A stretch of DNA of 64,000 nt from a virus, in the IMG/VR virus record IMGVR_UViG_3300050821_003884, positions 16,898 through 80,897 of that record; one strand, given 5' to 3'. Shown here piece by piece: positions 47,043 through 57,550 of the stretch (its first letter is position 1; each line of letters opens with the position of its first letter). The position numbers and the translations under genes were made by a program. The notes under the pieces are model-generated. The model searched no databases, was not told the origin of the DNA, and worked only from the letters and a program-made list of their open reading frames with translations.

Positions 47043-49151
47043 GTGCCGGTTCTCGTCGATAGCGTTCAGCAGGCCGTCACGTCCACGGGGCGCACCTCGT
47101 GGGCTGCCCCGAAATTTGAATCGCACCCCAGCGTTATTTTCAATTGGGTAGAAGAGCAGATTCAGGAAGGCGAAGGCTTTCTTGAAGGCCAGCAATGCTA
47201 CCGGGACTTCTCCGCCAACCTGCGGGTCTTCAACGCCGTCTTCAAAGACACCGCCAAATCCAAGCTGGTCACCAACGAGCTTAAATACGATATCCGTAAG
47301 TTCTGCGAGACGCTGGCGCAGGTAAGAGAGATCGCCGGATACGGCTCCGACCATCCCGGATTTAAAAAGATGGCGGACATGCTGACGAAAGTCAGCAAGG
47401 CTATCTACCACGAGTCGGACTTCCCCTTTCAAATCCTCAAGGTTCTCCAATATGCCAGCGTGATGGGCATCGGCTACCTGTGGCCCAAGGTACGCGCCGA
47501 CGAGTACGGCTACGGGGAAAGAAAGATGGAGTTCGACGCGCTGGGGATGCTCGACGTGGTTCCGGTACAGGTGCCGCCGCGCAGCAACAACGTTCAGGAC
47601 GCCTACGCGGTTACCGTCTACGACTACATGCCCCTTGCCGAGGCATTTGCAAGGTTCCCCCTGTTTCAGGGCGACATTCAGCCCGTCGGCCCGCGCAATT
47701 TCTCGACGCGCATGCAGGCCCGCCGCATCGACTTCGCCGAGCGCAACCGCTATGGAATGCAGGGCCGGAGCTTCGGCGACCTCTACGCGGAAATCCGTTA
47801 TACCTTCGTGCGTGATGTACGCATCAACTCCACCGGCTTGGAGCTGCCCATGGGAGACATGGGGACCACTTGGTTCTACAAGGTTCCCTATGTCGGCCAG
47901 CAGATCGTGGGCGGCGTAAGTGATGGCAAGCCGATCATGCGCTATGCCACGCCGGAAGACTGCCGCGTCTATCCCAACCTGCGCTGCATTATTACTTCGA
48001 CGGGCATGGGAAAGCCCATGTACGACGGCCCCGCCTTCGACTGGGATTCGAAGATACCGATAATCCAGTACACCGTGGACGACTGGGCGTGGGAGCCGCT
48101 GGGACGGTCGCTGGTGGGCGATGTCGCTTCGATTGAAACCACCACGCGCAAGATCGAGCGCAAGATGGACGCGGTTATTACCGTTACGCTGAATCCGCCG
48201 CTGGGCTACAACCACACGGAAACCGGCGGTCCCAAGATCGAGCACTTCGACATCTTCGAAGAGGATGTTCGTCTGGGCGTGGACGGCAAGCCGCGAGATA
48301 CGCTGCAATCGGTATTACCCGAAAGCGTGCAGGTAACCAGCGAGCATTTTAATTTCCTGAAATACCTGAAGGAATGCAAGCAGACGCAGCTTGGACTACA
48401 GGACTTGGGCAACCTTCAGAACATGAAGATGAACATCGCCAATGACACCGCAGACAAGATGCTGGAGTCGATTGGTCCCATCGCCAAGGGCATCGCGGCC
48501 AGAATCGAAAAGAGTAACAAGGCTATTGGCTACAGGATGAAATTTTTAATTCTGCAATGGTTCAACGTGCGCCGGATCATGGAGTACGTGGGGCCGGACA
48601 GCGTCGCCCCGGAAACCTTCGACTACAACCCCGACGAGCTGGTCCCCAGCCACATGCCGGACGAAATGGTGAAGGGTAATTTCCCTAGTCTGGGATCGGT
48701 GTATTCGCAACTGGACCGGGCACGGTGGTTTGCCCGCAATATCCGGCTGGTTTCCGTGCCCAGCACGCTGCTGAAGATTACCCAGATGCAGCGCCAGTTG
48801 ACGATGCTGCAACTGAAGCGCGGCGGCGCTCCGCTCTCGTGGCTTACCGTCTTCCGCAACATGGACATTACGAACCCGGAAAAAGAGATTGAGGACAGCT
48901 TCAAGGAAGACGCCAAGCTACAGGAGATGAAGATACTGGCGCAGCTCGAAATCATGAGCAAGCTGAAGCAGATGGGTATCGATCCGCAGGCCCTGATGGG
49001 CGGTGGTGAAGGTGGCGGGGGCGGCGGTAAAGGCGGTGGCGGTGGCGGTGGCGGTAAAGGCGGCAGGCCGTCCAGCGGGCAGAAAGCGCCACGCTTGGGC
49101 ACCAAGGGTGGAGCCGGGGGCGAACCACGCACAACGGTGAAGGAATCATAA
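47043..49151 (+). CDS. Portal protein
   Basis: ~700 aa after terL, mostly helical with a low-complexity tail. Confidence 0.7.
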   Translation: MPVLVDSVQQAVTSTGRTSWAAPKFESHPSVIFNWVEEQIQEGEGFLEGQQCYRDFSANLRVFNAVFKDTAKSKLVTNELKYDIRKFCETLAQVREIAGYGSDHPGFKKMADMLTKVSKAIYHESDFPFQILKVLQYASVMGIGYLWPKVRADEYGYGERKMEFDALGMLDVVPVQVPPRSNNVQDAYAVTVYDYMPLAEAFARFPLFQGDIQPVGPRNFSTRMQARRIDFAERNRYGMQGRSFGDLYAEIRYTFVRDVRINSTGLELPMGDMGTTWFYKVPYVGQQIVGGVSDGKPIMRYATPEDCRVYPNLRCIITSTGMGKPMYDGPAFDWDSKIPIIQYTVDDWAWEPLGRSLVGDVASIETTTRKIERKMDAVITVTLNPPLGYNHTETGGPKIEHFDIFEEDVRLGVDGKPRDTLQSVLPESVQVTSEHFNFLKYLKECKQTQLGLQDLGNLQNMKMNIANDTADKMLESIGPIAKGIAARIEKSNKAIGYRMKFLILQWFNVRRIMEYVGPDSVAPETFDYNPDELVPSHMPDEMVKGNFPSLGSVYSQLDRARWFARNIRLVSVPSTLLKITQMQRQLTMLQLKRGGAPLSWLTVFRNMDITNPEKEIEDSFKEDAKLQEMKILAQLEIMSKLKQMGIDPQALMGGGEGGGGGGKGGGGGGGGKGGRPSSGQKAPRLGTKGGAGGEPRTTVKES

Positions 49152-49179
49152 GTAATTTTTTATTTCCGGGAGAACTGAG

Positions 49180-49434
49180 ATGGCGATAAAGATCATGGCG
49201 CAGAGGGACTTTCTGGTAACTGAAGTCAGCATTGAGCTGCCCTGCGACCTTGCTGAACTCGAATTTCTGCTGAAAACGTCGCGAGGCACGGGCAGGATCG
49301 TCGCCATGTATCAGAAGGGCGGCACGATGGGCGTCAACATCGAACAGAAAACTAAAATTCGCGACAACGTCGCCGACAGAGTGCGGGCATTGGTGGGCGT
49401 GGAAAGCACGGAGATCAATGGACACGAGGAGTAA
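49180..49434 (+). CDS. Hypothetical protein
   Basis: GGGAG RBS. Confidence 0.55.
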   Translation: MAIKIMAQRDFLVTEVSIELPCDLAELEFLLKTSRGTGRIVAMYQKGGTMGVNIEQKTKIRDNVADRVRALVGVESTEINGHEE

Positions 49435-49520
49435 GTGGGATAACATGCGCCTATCTTCCATACTTTTGATTTCTAATTACGCGCACCCGAGGCAAAGTCA
49501 AGATTCTGCGAAATAAAATC

Positions 49521-49642
49521 TTGACGGCAGGGAATAGTTAGGCATAGTTTCGTAGGCAAGATTCATTTGAGATACAGACTCCCCGGTAATGTGCTGGGAT
49601 TAAGTCATGGCTCTGGCAAAACGCTAGGGCCATTTTTATTTG
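49521..49642 (+). promoter_or_regulatory. Late promoter, leader and intrinsic terminator (copy 2)
   Basis: TTGACG-N18-TAGTTT, GAGATACAG, ATGGCTCTGGC/GCTAGGGCCAT hairpin, TTTTATTT. Confidence 0.7.
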
Positions 49643-49673
49643 ACCTAGCACAACCACTCAAAAGGAGTCTGTC

Positions 49674-49775
49674 ATGGCAAAACGTCGGAAGCATTCCGCT
49701 GCTGTAGCCCACATCAAGAAGTCCCGCAAGCACCGTGGCCGCAAGGGTGGCCGTAAGAGCGCCATCAAGGCGTAG
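49674..49775 (+). CDS. 33-aa very basic peptide
   Basis: AAGGAG RBS; MAKRRKHSAAVAHIKKSRKHRGRKGGRKSAIKA. Confidence 0.6.
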   Translation: MAKRRKHSAAVAHIKKSRKHRGRKGGRKSAIKA

Positions 49776-49811
49776 TTGTAGCCCCGCACCGCCGAGTAAC
49801 AAAGCTGGAGA

Positions 49812-50132
49812 GTGCAGATGGCTACACCCCCAATGCCGCAACCCGATCCGGGACAGGGAGCCGCACCGCCGAATGGTGGAGGCTCCCCTCCCCCTGCGCC
49901 AGATCAAGGCGGACAGCAGCCTCCCGATCAGGGTGGGCAGCCATCTCAGGCTCCCGCCAATCCCATTCAAATCCTCCTCGCCAAGTGGTCCAAAGTCGCC
50001 GAACAGATGAGTCAGGCTGATCCGCGTCTGGCAGCGGGCGCAAATAAAGTGCGCGAGGGCATCCGGGATATGCAGCAGGCCATGATTACACCGCAGCAAC
50101 CGACACCGCTGGGACAACAGCCCCAGTACTAA
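49812..50132 (+). CDS. Pro/Gln-rich head-region protein
   Basis: GGAG RBS; precedes the scaffold gene. Confidence 0.55.
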   Translation: MQMATPPMPQPDPGQGAAPPNGGGSPPPAPDQGGQQPPDQGGQPSQAPANPIQILLAKWSKVAEQMSQADPRLAAGANKVREGIRDMQQAMITPQQPTPLGQQPQY

Positions 50133-50167
50133 CCACAACTGTGAATTTCCGGGAGAAATAAAACCTT

Positions 50168-51115
50168 ATGCCAACCGTAGAAGAAGTTTTGAGACAAAGC
50201 GGATTTACCGATGAGCAGATTGCTGGCCTCGACAAGCGGGCTATCACCGCTTTCAGTGGCGTGCTGAGCGCAGCGGACAGGGAACGGCTGGAAGCCAAGG
50301 CCGCGCAGGATGCAGCGGAGCTGGCGCAGCGCAGCAATGTCGATTTCTACGAAAACAGGATCGCGCCTTCGCTAACGCAGTGGGAAGAGGAGAAGCAGCG
50401 CATCGAGAACGAGAAGGCAACGCTGGCGGCACAGGCCGCCTTCTATAAAACGCAGGCTGAGGAAGCCAAGAAGTCAGGCTTTATCGCCGCCGATGCCCCC
50501 AACTTTGTCCCTCCCCCCAATCCCAATCCCGGCGTCCAGCCCCGCGACGGCCAAGGCCGCTACGTAGCGGGCGCTCCCGGCGGCACACCCGGTTCCCCGC
50601 AGTACTTCGACGTGAATAAAGTCTACGAAACCGCTGGCACGGCGGCAGTCCTGATCTCTGACATCGACTGGAAGCACCGCCAGCTCTACGGGGGCAAGCC
50701 CCTGCCGATTTCGCCGACCGAACTGATCCGACAGGCCGACGCCGTCAAGCTCGATCCCATGACCTACGCCTCCCGCACATTTAATTTCGCCGGTCGCGAA
50801 GAGCAGATGAAGGCGGAAGAAGAGAAAGCGCGGAACGAGAAGATCGCCGCCGAGGCCGTAGCCCCGTACGAGGCGAAGCTGAAGGAAGCCGACGAGCAGC
50901 GCAAGAAGGACTTGGCGGAAAACGACAGGAAATGGGCAGAGCGCGTCGGCTCAAATCCCGATGTCCGCATGCCCCAAACGAATCCGCGAATGACAGATAT
51001 TGCTCAGGCGGTTCGCGCAGATGCAAAGCTCGATCCGCTGAATATGAACGATCAGCAGCGCAGGGCGATGACCTCGCAGATGATTCGCAAGGACATTGAA
51101 GGAAACGCGGCCTAA
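50168..51115 (+). CDS. Putative capsid scaffolding protein
   Basis: Coiled coils, PRDGQGRY motif, directly before the capsid gene. Confidence 0.6.
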   Translation: MPTVEEVLRQSGFTDEQIAGLDKRAITAFSGVLSAADRERLEAKAAQDAAELAQRSNVDFYENRIAPSLTQWEEEKQRIENEKATLAAQAAFYKTQAEEAKKSGFIAADAPNFVPPPNPNPGVQPRDGQGRYVAGAPGGTPGSPQYFDVNKVYETAGTAAVLISDIDWKHRQLYGGKPLPISPTELIRQADAVKLDPMTYASRTFNFAGREEQMKAEEEKARNEKIAAEAVAPYEAKLKEADEQRKKDLAENDRKWAERVGSNPDVRMPQTNPRMTDIAQAVRADAKLDPLNMNDQQRRAMTSQMIRKDIEGNAA

Positions 51116-51164
51116 CTGCGGCGGGTAAAAGTTTCGAAGTTATTGACGATAGGAGATATCCATC

Positions 51165-52403
51165 ATGCCGACCGATCCGCTTTATAACGAGATAGACGCG
51201 TCGAATTTAGAGTCTGTCCGCCGTAACGTGGTTTTTAATAACCTGTTCGTCGGCACCCCATTTCAGGCCAAACTGCGCCGCGCTGGCGTGTGGGATGAAT
51301 TCCTCGGCGGCGCGGGCATGATGGAAGGCATCCTGTACGGTCGCACGCAGGGCGCGGCTGTCAATCCGGGCCAGACCATCACGGTTACCCGGCAGCAGAT
51401 CAACACCGGAATTAAATTTCTGCCCAAGGCGTATGCCACTTGGTATCCGCTCGACGACTGGGAAATGGATGACGGTTCCGGCACGGGTGGAGTGATCAAC
51501 TCCGGCCCGTCGAAGATCGTGGACGAGTACCAGCTCTACATGGAGAACCTTGTTCTCACCATGAACACCATGCAGGAGATGGACTCCTTCCGTCATGGGC
51601 AGCCCGCGTCGGCGACGGTGGGTGACAACCGGGTCAAGACGATCAATGGTCTGGACGAGGCGCTGAACAACGGCATCGATCCGTCGATCTACGGAAACAT
51701 CTACAAGTCCTATGGGGGCCAGCAGCGCAATGGCAACGTCGGCGTCGCGCTGAACTCCACTCCGATTTATTGCGGCACTCCGTCTGGCGGCACAGGTCAG
51801 ATCGACTTCGCCGTACTCATGCAGTTGTGGTCGCAGTGCAAAGTGACTGGCGGCTCTCCCTCACTGGGCATCACCAATGTCTTTGGCTTTAAGGCTGTAG
51901 CTATTGCACTCGATGCCCAGCGTCGCGATATTTCGAATACGCGGCACGACATCAAGTGGGACGGGCTGAACTTCAACGGCGTGGATATCTACGCCGATCC
52001 TCTGGCTCCTTCGGCGCAGGCGCAGAACTACATTGCTCTGGGCGCGGCGGTAGGCGGCGGACAAGGCAATGCCAGCTTGGTCGATGGCGTGGGTTCGAGC
52101 ACTACGACTCTGCCTTTCGCGACTCCGCAGTTTGTCGGCCCCACCGGGGCACCGGTTGCGTTTTCGCCGACTGGATCGGGGCTGCCGTCCAACGCGACCA
52201 TTCAGCCGGGTGAGGTCATTTACTTCCTTGAGCCGGAGTCATTCAAGATCAGGCCGACGAACAAGAAGGGCTGGAACTTCGGGCTGCGCCGTGCGCCGAT
52301 GCCGAACAACGTGAGCGTCGATGCGCTGTTCATGAGACTGGGGATCAACCTGTACAACACCCAGCCGAGGCACAACTGCTACGCCTTCTCATTTGCTGCA
52401 TAA
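51165..52403 (+). CDS. Major capsid protein
   Basis: 412 aa after scaffold; INGL, YGG, GLNFNGVDIYAD, IYFL patterns of HK97-fold capsids. Confidence 0.75.
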   Translation: MPTDPLYNEIDASNLESVRRNVVFNNLFVGTPFQAKLRRAGVWDEFLGGAGMMEGILYGRTQGAAVNPGQTITVTRQQINTGIKFLPKAYATWYPLDDWEMDDGSGTGGVINSGPSKIVDEYQLYMENLVLTMNTMQEMDSFRHGQPASATVGDNRVKTINGLDEALNNGIDPSIYGNIYKSYGGQQRNGNVGVALNSTPIYCGTPSGGTGQIDFAVLMQLWSQCKVTGGSPSLGITNVFGFKAVAIALDAQRRDISNTRHDIKWDGLNFNGVDIYADPLAPSAQAQNYIALGAAVGGGQGNASLVDGVGSSTTTLPFATPQFVGPTGAPVAFSPTGSGLPSNATIQPGEVIYFLEPESFKIRPTNKKGWNFGLRRAPMPNNVSVDALFMRLGINLYNTQPRHNCYAFSFAA

Positions 52404-52452
52404 CAAAGAATTTCAGGCGCTGGTGTAAGGGAACGTTTAAGGAGAGACTCAA

Positions 52453-53280
52453 ATGCCGAGACAGCAAATACTTCCCACTTGGTTCGCGTGGAACAACGCC
52501 AACTTTACAAGCGCGTCTGGAATTACAGACTCGCGGACGGGGCAAGAGTTTCCTGTCGGCGGATTAAATCTGGGCGATTACTTTGAGGTGACGGAGAAGG
52601 AAGCGAACTCCGCTTCCGCGCTGACCGTCGGCCTGCTCCATCACGGCCAGTACCGTCTGGTGCATGTCGATTCCGGCGCAACCCCTGCGAACGTGAAGAC
52701 CGGCACCGTCGGCTACATCCGTGCAGGCATGTTCATGCAGGGCGTGGTCATCACCCTTCCCGGTACAGGCGGCACTCCCGGCACCTATAACATCGCAGCT
52801 ACTCCCGGTTCGGGCGGTGGCGCGGGCGCGGTGATTCAGGTTGTCGTCAACGCGGCAGGCGTGGTTATCTCGGCAGTTCCGCTGGCGGGCGGCAACAACT
52901 ACGTTACCCCGCCGCTGTTCTCGCTGGCTGTCACCGGCGGCACCGGAACGGTTGCGGCGCAACTGAATTCCACGCCGAATGAAGTGACCAGCTACGATCA
53001 GGCCGTCACCACGAAGACTCTGGTGCGTCCGGTGGTGTTCCTGAATTCGATCACTCCCGGCAACTACGGATTTATTCAGGAGCTGGGTCTGGCGACGCTG
53101 CTGTCGAATGGCGCGATTACCGCGAACAACTGGGTGAATTCCGCCGCCAACGGACTTTCGGTGGATGGCGGAGCCGCAGGACCGACCACGGCCACGATAG
53201 GCCAGTCCGTCGACGCGGCCAGCGCGGCGGGTCAGATGTTCAAGGCTTACCTGACGCAGTGCCCTGAAGTTCAGGACTAA
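52453..53280 (+). CDS. Capsid decoration/cement-like protein
   Basis: After capsid; YRLVH...GNYGFIQ; Gly/Thr-rich. Confidence 0.55.
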   Translation: MPRQQILPTWFAWNNANFTSASGITDSRTGQEFPVGGLNLGDYFEVTEKEANSASALTVGLLHHGQYRLVHVDSGATPANVKTGTVGYIRAGMFMQGVVITLPGTGGTPGTYNIAATPGSGGGAGAVIQVVVNAAGVVISAVPLAGGNNYVTPPLFSLAVTGGTGTVAAQLNSTPNEVTSYDQAVTTKTLVRPVVFLNSITPGNYGFIQELGLATLLSNGAITANNWVNSAANGLSVDGGAAGPTTATIGQSVDAASAAGQMFKAYLTQCPEVQD

Positions 53281-53290
53281 GGAGCGGACG

Positions 53291-53617
53291 ATGCAACTTA
53301 CATTGCTCAAAGGCTACCCGGACTTCGTCGGCAAGCGGGCCACGTTTGTCGGCTACGGAAACGGGCCAGCCGTCTACAACCAAGCGACCGGCGACATCGT
53401 TACGCTTCCGCTGCCGAACTACTACATCGACTCGCTGCAAAGCGGCATAAACAGCGTGAGCGGCCAGTTCTTTGTCAGAGCGCAGCCCGTTGGCGTGGGT
53501 CCACGGCAGAAGTGGGCGTTGTTCTGGTACACGGCAGCAGGCGCTTCGGTGGCGAATAACGCCACCACTCTGGCGGTGGAACAAATACAGATCGGTGGAC
53601 TCTGCGGCCAGTACTAA
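53291..53617 (+). CDS. Virion protein
   Basis: AAGGAG RBS; structural operon. Confidence 0.55.
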   Translation: MQLTLLKGYPDFVGKRATFVGYGNGPAVYNQATGDIVTLPLPNYYIDSLQSGINSVSGQFFVRAQPVGVGPRQKWALFWYTAAGASVANNATTLAVEQIQIGGLCGQY

Positions 53618-53681
53618 AAGGCTGCGAACGGAAGTCTCAACCCTCCCGGAATGAGACACAGACAACAGAGGCTCTTGTGGG

Positions 53682-54254
53682 TTATGCCACATGGGCCTCT
53701 GTTGGCATGGAGGGGAAATTAAGATGAGCAAATTCGCCAAAATGTCGGAGCGCCAGCCCATCATAAAGTCTCGCTGCTTCTTCGGCGGTCATAACAAGGG
53801 GAGATACGATTTGCCTACCTCTAACTATGATCGATGCGCGGAATTTATTTCTGAATCGACGAACCCCCTTGTACCCAATCGTGTTATTCGACGGCTTCGG
53901 GCGATTGGCTTGATTCTGGGAAGTTGTGCATGGACGCAAATTGTCGTCCCGATTATCAAGGCCGTTGCCGTTGTGGTGGTCGATGTCGGAAGAATGGCAT
54001 CCGCCAAGAATGACTCTGTGCATAAGGATGCGCTTCTTTCTTCCCTCGACGACAACCCTTCGCGTTGCGTAGAAGGTGTGCTTTTTACTGTTCCACTGCG
54101 CGTGCCAGTTGAACTGCATCAGGTGGTCGAAATGCCGCGAGCTGACAAGGCAATTCAGTCCTCCGGCCAACGGAATGATGCGATAGCTAGGATCGGATGG
54201 CTGAACAACAGTATGGCGCTGTACCTCGCGTTTCATCTCGGCCATTTTACCCAA
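53682..54254 (-). CDS. HNH-AP2 homing endonuclease
   Basis: MHRVIL...DHHNGNGLDNRDDNLR...YKGV...AARLYD...FGEFAHLNF. Confidence 0.85.
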   Translation of the reverse strand: MGKMAEMKREVQRHTVVQPSDPSYRIIPLAGGLNCLVSSRHFDHLMQFNWHAQWNSKKHTFYATRRVVVEGRKKRILMHRVILGGCHSSDIDHHNGNGLDNRDDNLRPCTTSQNQANRPKPSNNTIGYKGVRRFRNKFRASIIVRGRQIVSPLVMTAEEAARLYDGLALRHFGEFAHLNFPSMPTEAHVA

Positions 54255-54281
54255 GCGGAAGCCCCTTATAGAGGTGCCTAA

Positions 54282-55520
54282 ATGTCCTTGGGTTCAATGC
54301 GGCAGGAGCTACTCGGCATACCGGGCACAAACTTCGGCCTGTGTACCACGAAAATTAACGAAGCTCTGGCTCTGATTCAGGATGAAAACGTCTGGAGCTT
54401 CCAGCTCATCACGAATGGATGGCTCACTCCCGGCCTGCTGGGTGGGCCGAACACAACCTTTCTCAGCCCCGGACTGATAACCGTTACCCCGTATACCAAC
54501 ACCATCACCGGCGATGCGGTGGCGTCGCAGACTTGGCAGGCGACGATTTTTAATCCGCCGCTGCTGACGCAACAGCAGATCAGAGTCCCGTACTACTCGC
54601 TCTATAACATCATCGCGCTGGGAAATAACGGCACCGCTTCGTATGTAACAATCTCCAGCCCCGGCTCAGGGCAGACGCCGGGAACCTATCCGACTCTGAT
54701 TACCGATGGCGCGGGCGCGGGCGGAGGCGGCATTGCTCTGGTCACGGTAGCGGCAGACGGGACAGTGAAGACGGCTCCCACGATACTGGCTCCGGGGGCG
54801 GGCTACGTGATGCCCGTAATTAATTTTTCGCAGGGCGGAGTTCCCGCAGTCTTCCAAGTCGGCATGCAGGCGGTGCTGACGCTGGACCGGCCATGGACGG
54901 AGCCGAAGCAGGTCAATGCGGGCTACATGATCTATCAGGCTTACTTTGCCGCGCCACCCGGATTCAAGCGCTGGTATCTCATCGAGGACACAACCAACAA
55001 TGCCTATATCGACTGGTGGTCTTTTTCGCAGATCGATCTTTCCCAGCGCGACGCGCAGAGAACTAATTTCCAGCAGCCCAGCAATGCGGTTCCTTACGGG
55101 ATGGACACGCGGCAGGGCAGCGCGACGTATGGCCAGTTTTTATATGAGTTATGGCCGCACCCGATCATGCAACTGCCATATACGTTTTCCTGTCAAGCGA
55201 ATTGGCCCGCGCTGGTAAATCCCGGCGATATGGTTCCGTACCCGCTCACCGATGAGCTGGTGAAGTGGCGGTCCTACGAAGTGCTTTACCTCTGGAAAGA
55301 GTCGCAGAAGGGCGACGAGATGGAGCGCGGGTCGGGCGCGAACTGGCAGTTCCTCTCGCAGGCGGCGAACAAGGAATACGGAGGCCGTCTCAAGACGATC
55401 CGCAACATGGATCGCCATCTCGTCGATCTCTACTTCACCAAGATGCGCAGGCAGCCATCCTTTGGATCGGTCTACGGAACCGTGAACAGTCAGGCAAACG
55501 TCGGCGGATGGGACAGCTAG
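54282..55520 (+). CDS. Head-tail adaptor-like virion protein
   Basis: KINEAL...WSF and ELWPHP motifs; structural operon. Confidence 0.5.
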   Translation: MSLGSMRQELLGIPGTNFGLCTTKINEALALIQDENVWSFQLITNGWLTPGLLGGPNTTFLSPGLITVTPYTNTITGDAVASQTWQATIFNPPLLTQQQIRVPYYSLYNIIALGNNGTASYVTISSPGSGQTPGTYPTLITDGAGAGGGGIALVTVAADGTVKTAPTILAPGAGYVMPVINFSQGGVPAVFQVGMQAVLTLDRPWTEPKQVNAGYMIYQAYFAAPPGFKRWYLIEDTTNNAYIDWWSFSQIDLSQRDAQRTNFQQPSNAVPYGMDTRQGSATYGQFLYELWPHPIMQLPYTFSCQANWPALVNPGDMVPYPLTDELVKWRSYEVLYLWKESQKGDEMERGSGANWQFLSQAANKEYGGRLKTIRNMDRHLVDLYFTKMRRQPSFGSVYGTVNSQANVGGWDS

Positions 55521-55532
55521 GGGGGCGATCTC

Positions 55533-56108
55533 ATGAAAAGAGCTTTTCATATGTCAGGGCTGGCGGTTCTCTGGCTGACAGCGGCGGTGCCCGGAGGCGC
55601 ACAGGTGACCGTAGGCAATACTGGCACTAGTTATGTCACCAGCGCTCCAGCGGGGACGTGCAATCCCAGTAGCTCACCGCTGACCATTGTTCGGCCCGCC
55701 GGTACGATGTACACCTGCCAGAGCGGGACATGGGCCAGCGTGGGGTCTACGAGCGGCACGCCTACGGAGAGTTCGTGGTTCTCCTATATGTGGGCCACCC
55801 TTGCATCGGTAGCCTCCTACTCGCAGCTTACCCCTGTAAACGCCATCACGGTAGACCGCGTGGAAGTCGTGCTATCCGTGCAACCGGCAGGCTGCACGAC
55901 CAATGCGGTCGTGGCTCTTCAGGATTCCACGGCGAACTCGGTACTTTATTCATTCACGATTACTCCCACGCAGATTTATGACTCAGGCGCGACTCCGTTA
56001 GCGATATCCGTGCCAGCGCAGCACGCACTCAGGGTACGCACGATAACAGCCAGCGCAGGATGCACTACGACCGGGCAGGTTGGCTCATTCGTCGTGCAGT
56101 ACCACTAA
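55533..56108 (+). CDS. Signal-peptide virion-type protein, paralog 1
   Basis: Signal peptide then shared QVTVGNTG...C...YTC..GTW module. Confidence 0.7.
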   Translation: MKRAFHMSGLAVLWLTAAVPGGAQVTVGNTGTSYVTSAPAGTCNPSSSPLTIVRPAGTMYTCQSGTWASVGSTSGTPTESSWFSYMWATLASVASYSQLTPVNAITVDRVEVVLSVQPAGCTTNAVVALQDSTANSVLYSFTITPTQIYDSGATPLAISVPAQHALRVRTITASAGCTTTGQVGSFVVQYH

Positions 56109-56118
56109 CAGGGAACTT

Positions 56119-57522
56119 ATGAAAAAAGTTCTTATCATGTTCGCTCTCTGGCCTTTCGCAGTGACGCTGGCGGGCGCACAGGTGCAGGTCGGCAATACGG
56201 GCATCCAGTACGCCACCAGCGCTCCCACCGGGGCGTGTAACGCCAGCAGTGCGGTGCTGACTGTCGTCCGGCCCGTGGGGGCTGTGTACGCGTGCCAGAA
56301 CGGGACATGGGCCTTTGCGGGTGGCGGCTCACCGCCGCCGGTGCTTCCCTACGGAGACAGCTTTACACGTGCGAATGGGCCGCTTGGCGCAAACTGGGCT
56401 GAGCCGGATGGCGCGGACGGAACCCTGCAAATCATCAGCAATCAGGTACTCGCGGCTGCGGTCGGAAGTGGAATTGTACATTCCGCCGAGCTGTACGTAC
56501 CGGGCACGTTCGGAAATAACCAGTACTCCACTATTACGCTGAATAGCGGGACCGGGTCCGCAGTGTCAGGATCGGCAGGGCAGTTCTCACTCGTAAGAGG
56601 GAAAACATCGTCGGTACAGTTTTATAACGATGCCGTCGCGACAGGGGCGACGTTCGGAGGACTGGTATTCCGCGTTGGCAATCCGGCCAGTGTGGACTTT
56701 TGCGGCACAGCGTGGGTCGGGCCTCCTTATGCGATAGGCGACACGCATGAACTGGATGTGGCGGGAACGGGGCCGGTTTTCTTCTGGTCGCGACACAACG
56801 GCGTCATCGACGCGACCTGCGTAGACAGCACTTTTAACTATACGGGAGGGAATCCGGGGTTGGGGGTCATAGACACGAACGCTACTCCGACCCTTGCGGA
56901 TGGACCGTGGCTGGGCGGCACGCTTCCCGACTTCAGTACGACACCCTCTGACAATTTCCAACGCGCCAATGCTGGCTGGTTGGGCGTGAATTGGTGGTTT
57001 GCGATGACGGGAGGGGGAGGCCCCTTCACGTCGTATTTCGTGCTCAACGGAAATGCTGCAACGCTGTCATCGGCAGCAGGCAACGTGGCCGGAGTCGCCA
57101 TCTGGACTACGCCTTTCACCGTGAACCACTCCTCCAAGATCACGGTTGGGAATATTGCATCGGGCAGTGATTGGCTGGGGGCAGTGGCGCGGTACAGCAT
57201 TCCAGCCAACGGCACAGGCAACGAAGGCACCGATACTTTTTATTTCGCCTTGGCAGAGGCGAACGGGACTATAGACCTCTTTGCGTTCAGCGCCGGAACC
57301 TACAATCTCCTGAGCAACGGCACATTTGGATCGGCCATTTCCACGCTGGAGCTGGACGCGACCGGAACATCGCCTGTCCTTCTGACAATCAAGGTTAACG
57401 GCGCTCAGTTCGGCAGCACGATCTCCGATTCGACGTATAAGTACACCGGAACTTATGCGGGGTTCGCCGCATTTGGCAGTCAAGCATCCACGATTACAGG
57501 CTGGTCCGGAGCCAATATCTGA
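56119..57522 (+). CDS. Signal-peptide protein with two lectin-like repeats, paralog 2
   Basis: MKKVLIMFALW...AGA-Q; shared module; DSFTRAN/DNFQRAN duplication. Confidence 0.7.
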   Translation: MKKVLIMFALWPFAVTLAGAQVQVGNTGIQYATSAPTGACNASSAVLTVVRPVGAVYACQNGTWAFAGGGSPPPVLPYGDSFTRANGPLGANWAEPDGADGTLQIISNQVLAAAVGSGIVHSAELYVPGTFGNNQYSTITLNSGTGSAVSGSAGQFSLVRGKTSSVQFYNDAVATGATFGGLVFRVGNPASVDFCGTAWVGPPYAIGDTHELDVAGTGPVFFWSRHNGVIDATCVDSTFNYTGGNPGLGVIDTNATPTLADGPWLGGTLPDFSTTPSDNFQRANAGWLGVNWWFAMTGGGGPFTSYFVLNGNAATLSSAAGNVAGVAIWTTPFTVNHSSKITVGNIASGSDWLGAVARYSIPANGTGNEGTDTFYFALAEANGTIDLFAFSAGTYNLLSNGTFGSAISTLELDATGTSPVLLTIKVNGAQFGSTISDSTYKYTGTYAGFAAFGSQASTITGWSGANI

Positions 57523-57550
57523 CGACCGAAGGAGGGACTAGGCGAATCAC

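Noticed and set aside
45140-49461. Long minus-strand ORFs such as 46983..48308
   Set aside because: Antisense shadows of the GC-rich terminase and portal genes
50600-50611. Possible self-target CAGTACTTCGAC for the unit at 33276
   Set aside because: Only 12 of 16 nt match, which is expected by chance across ~70 units; no exhaustive search was done
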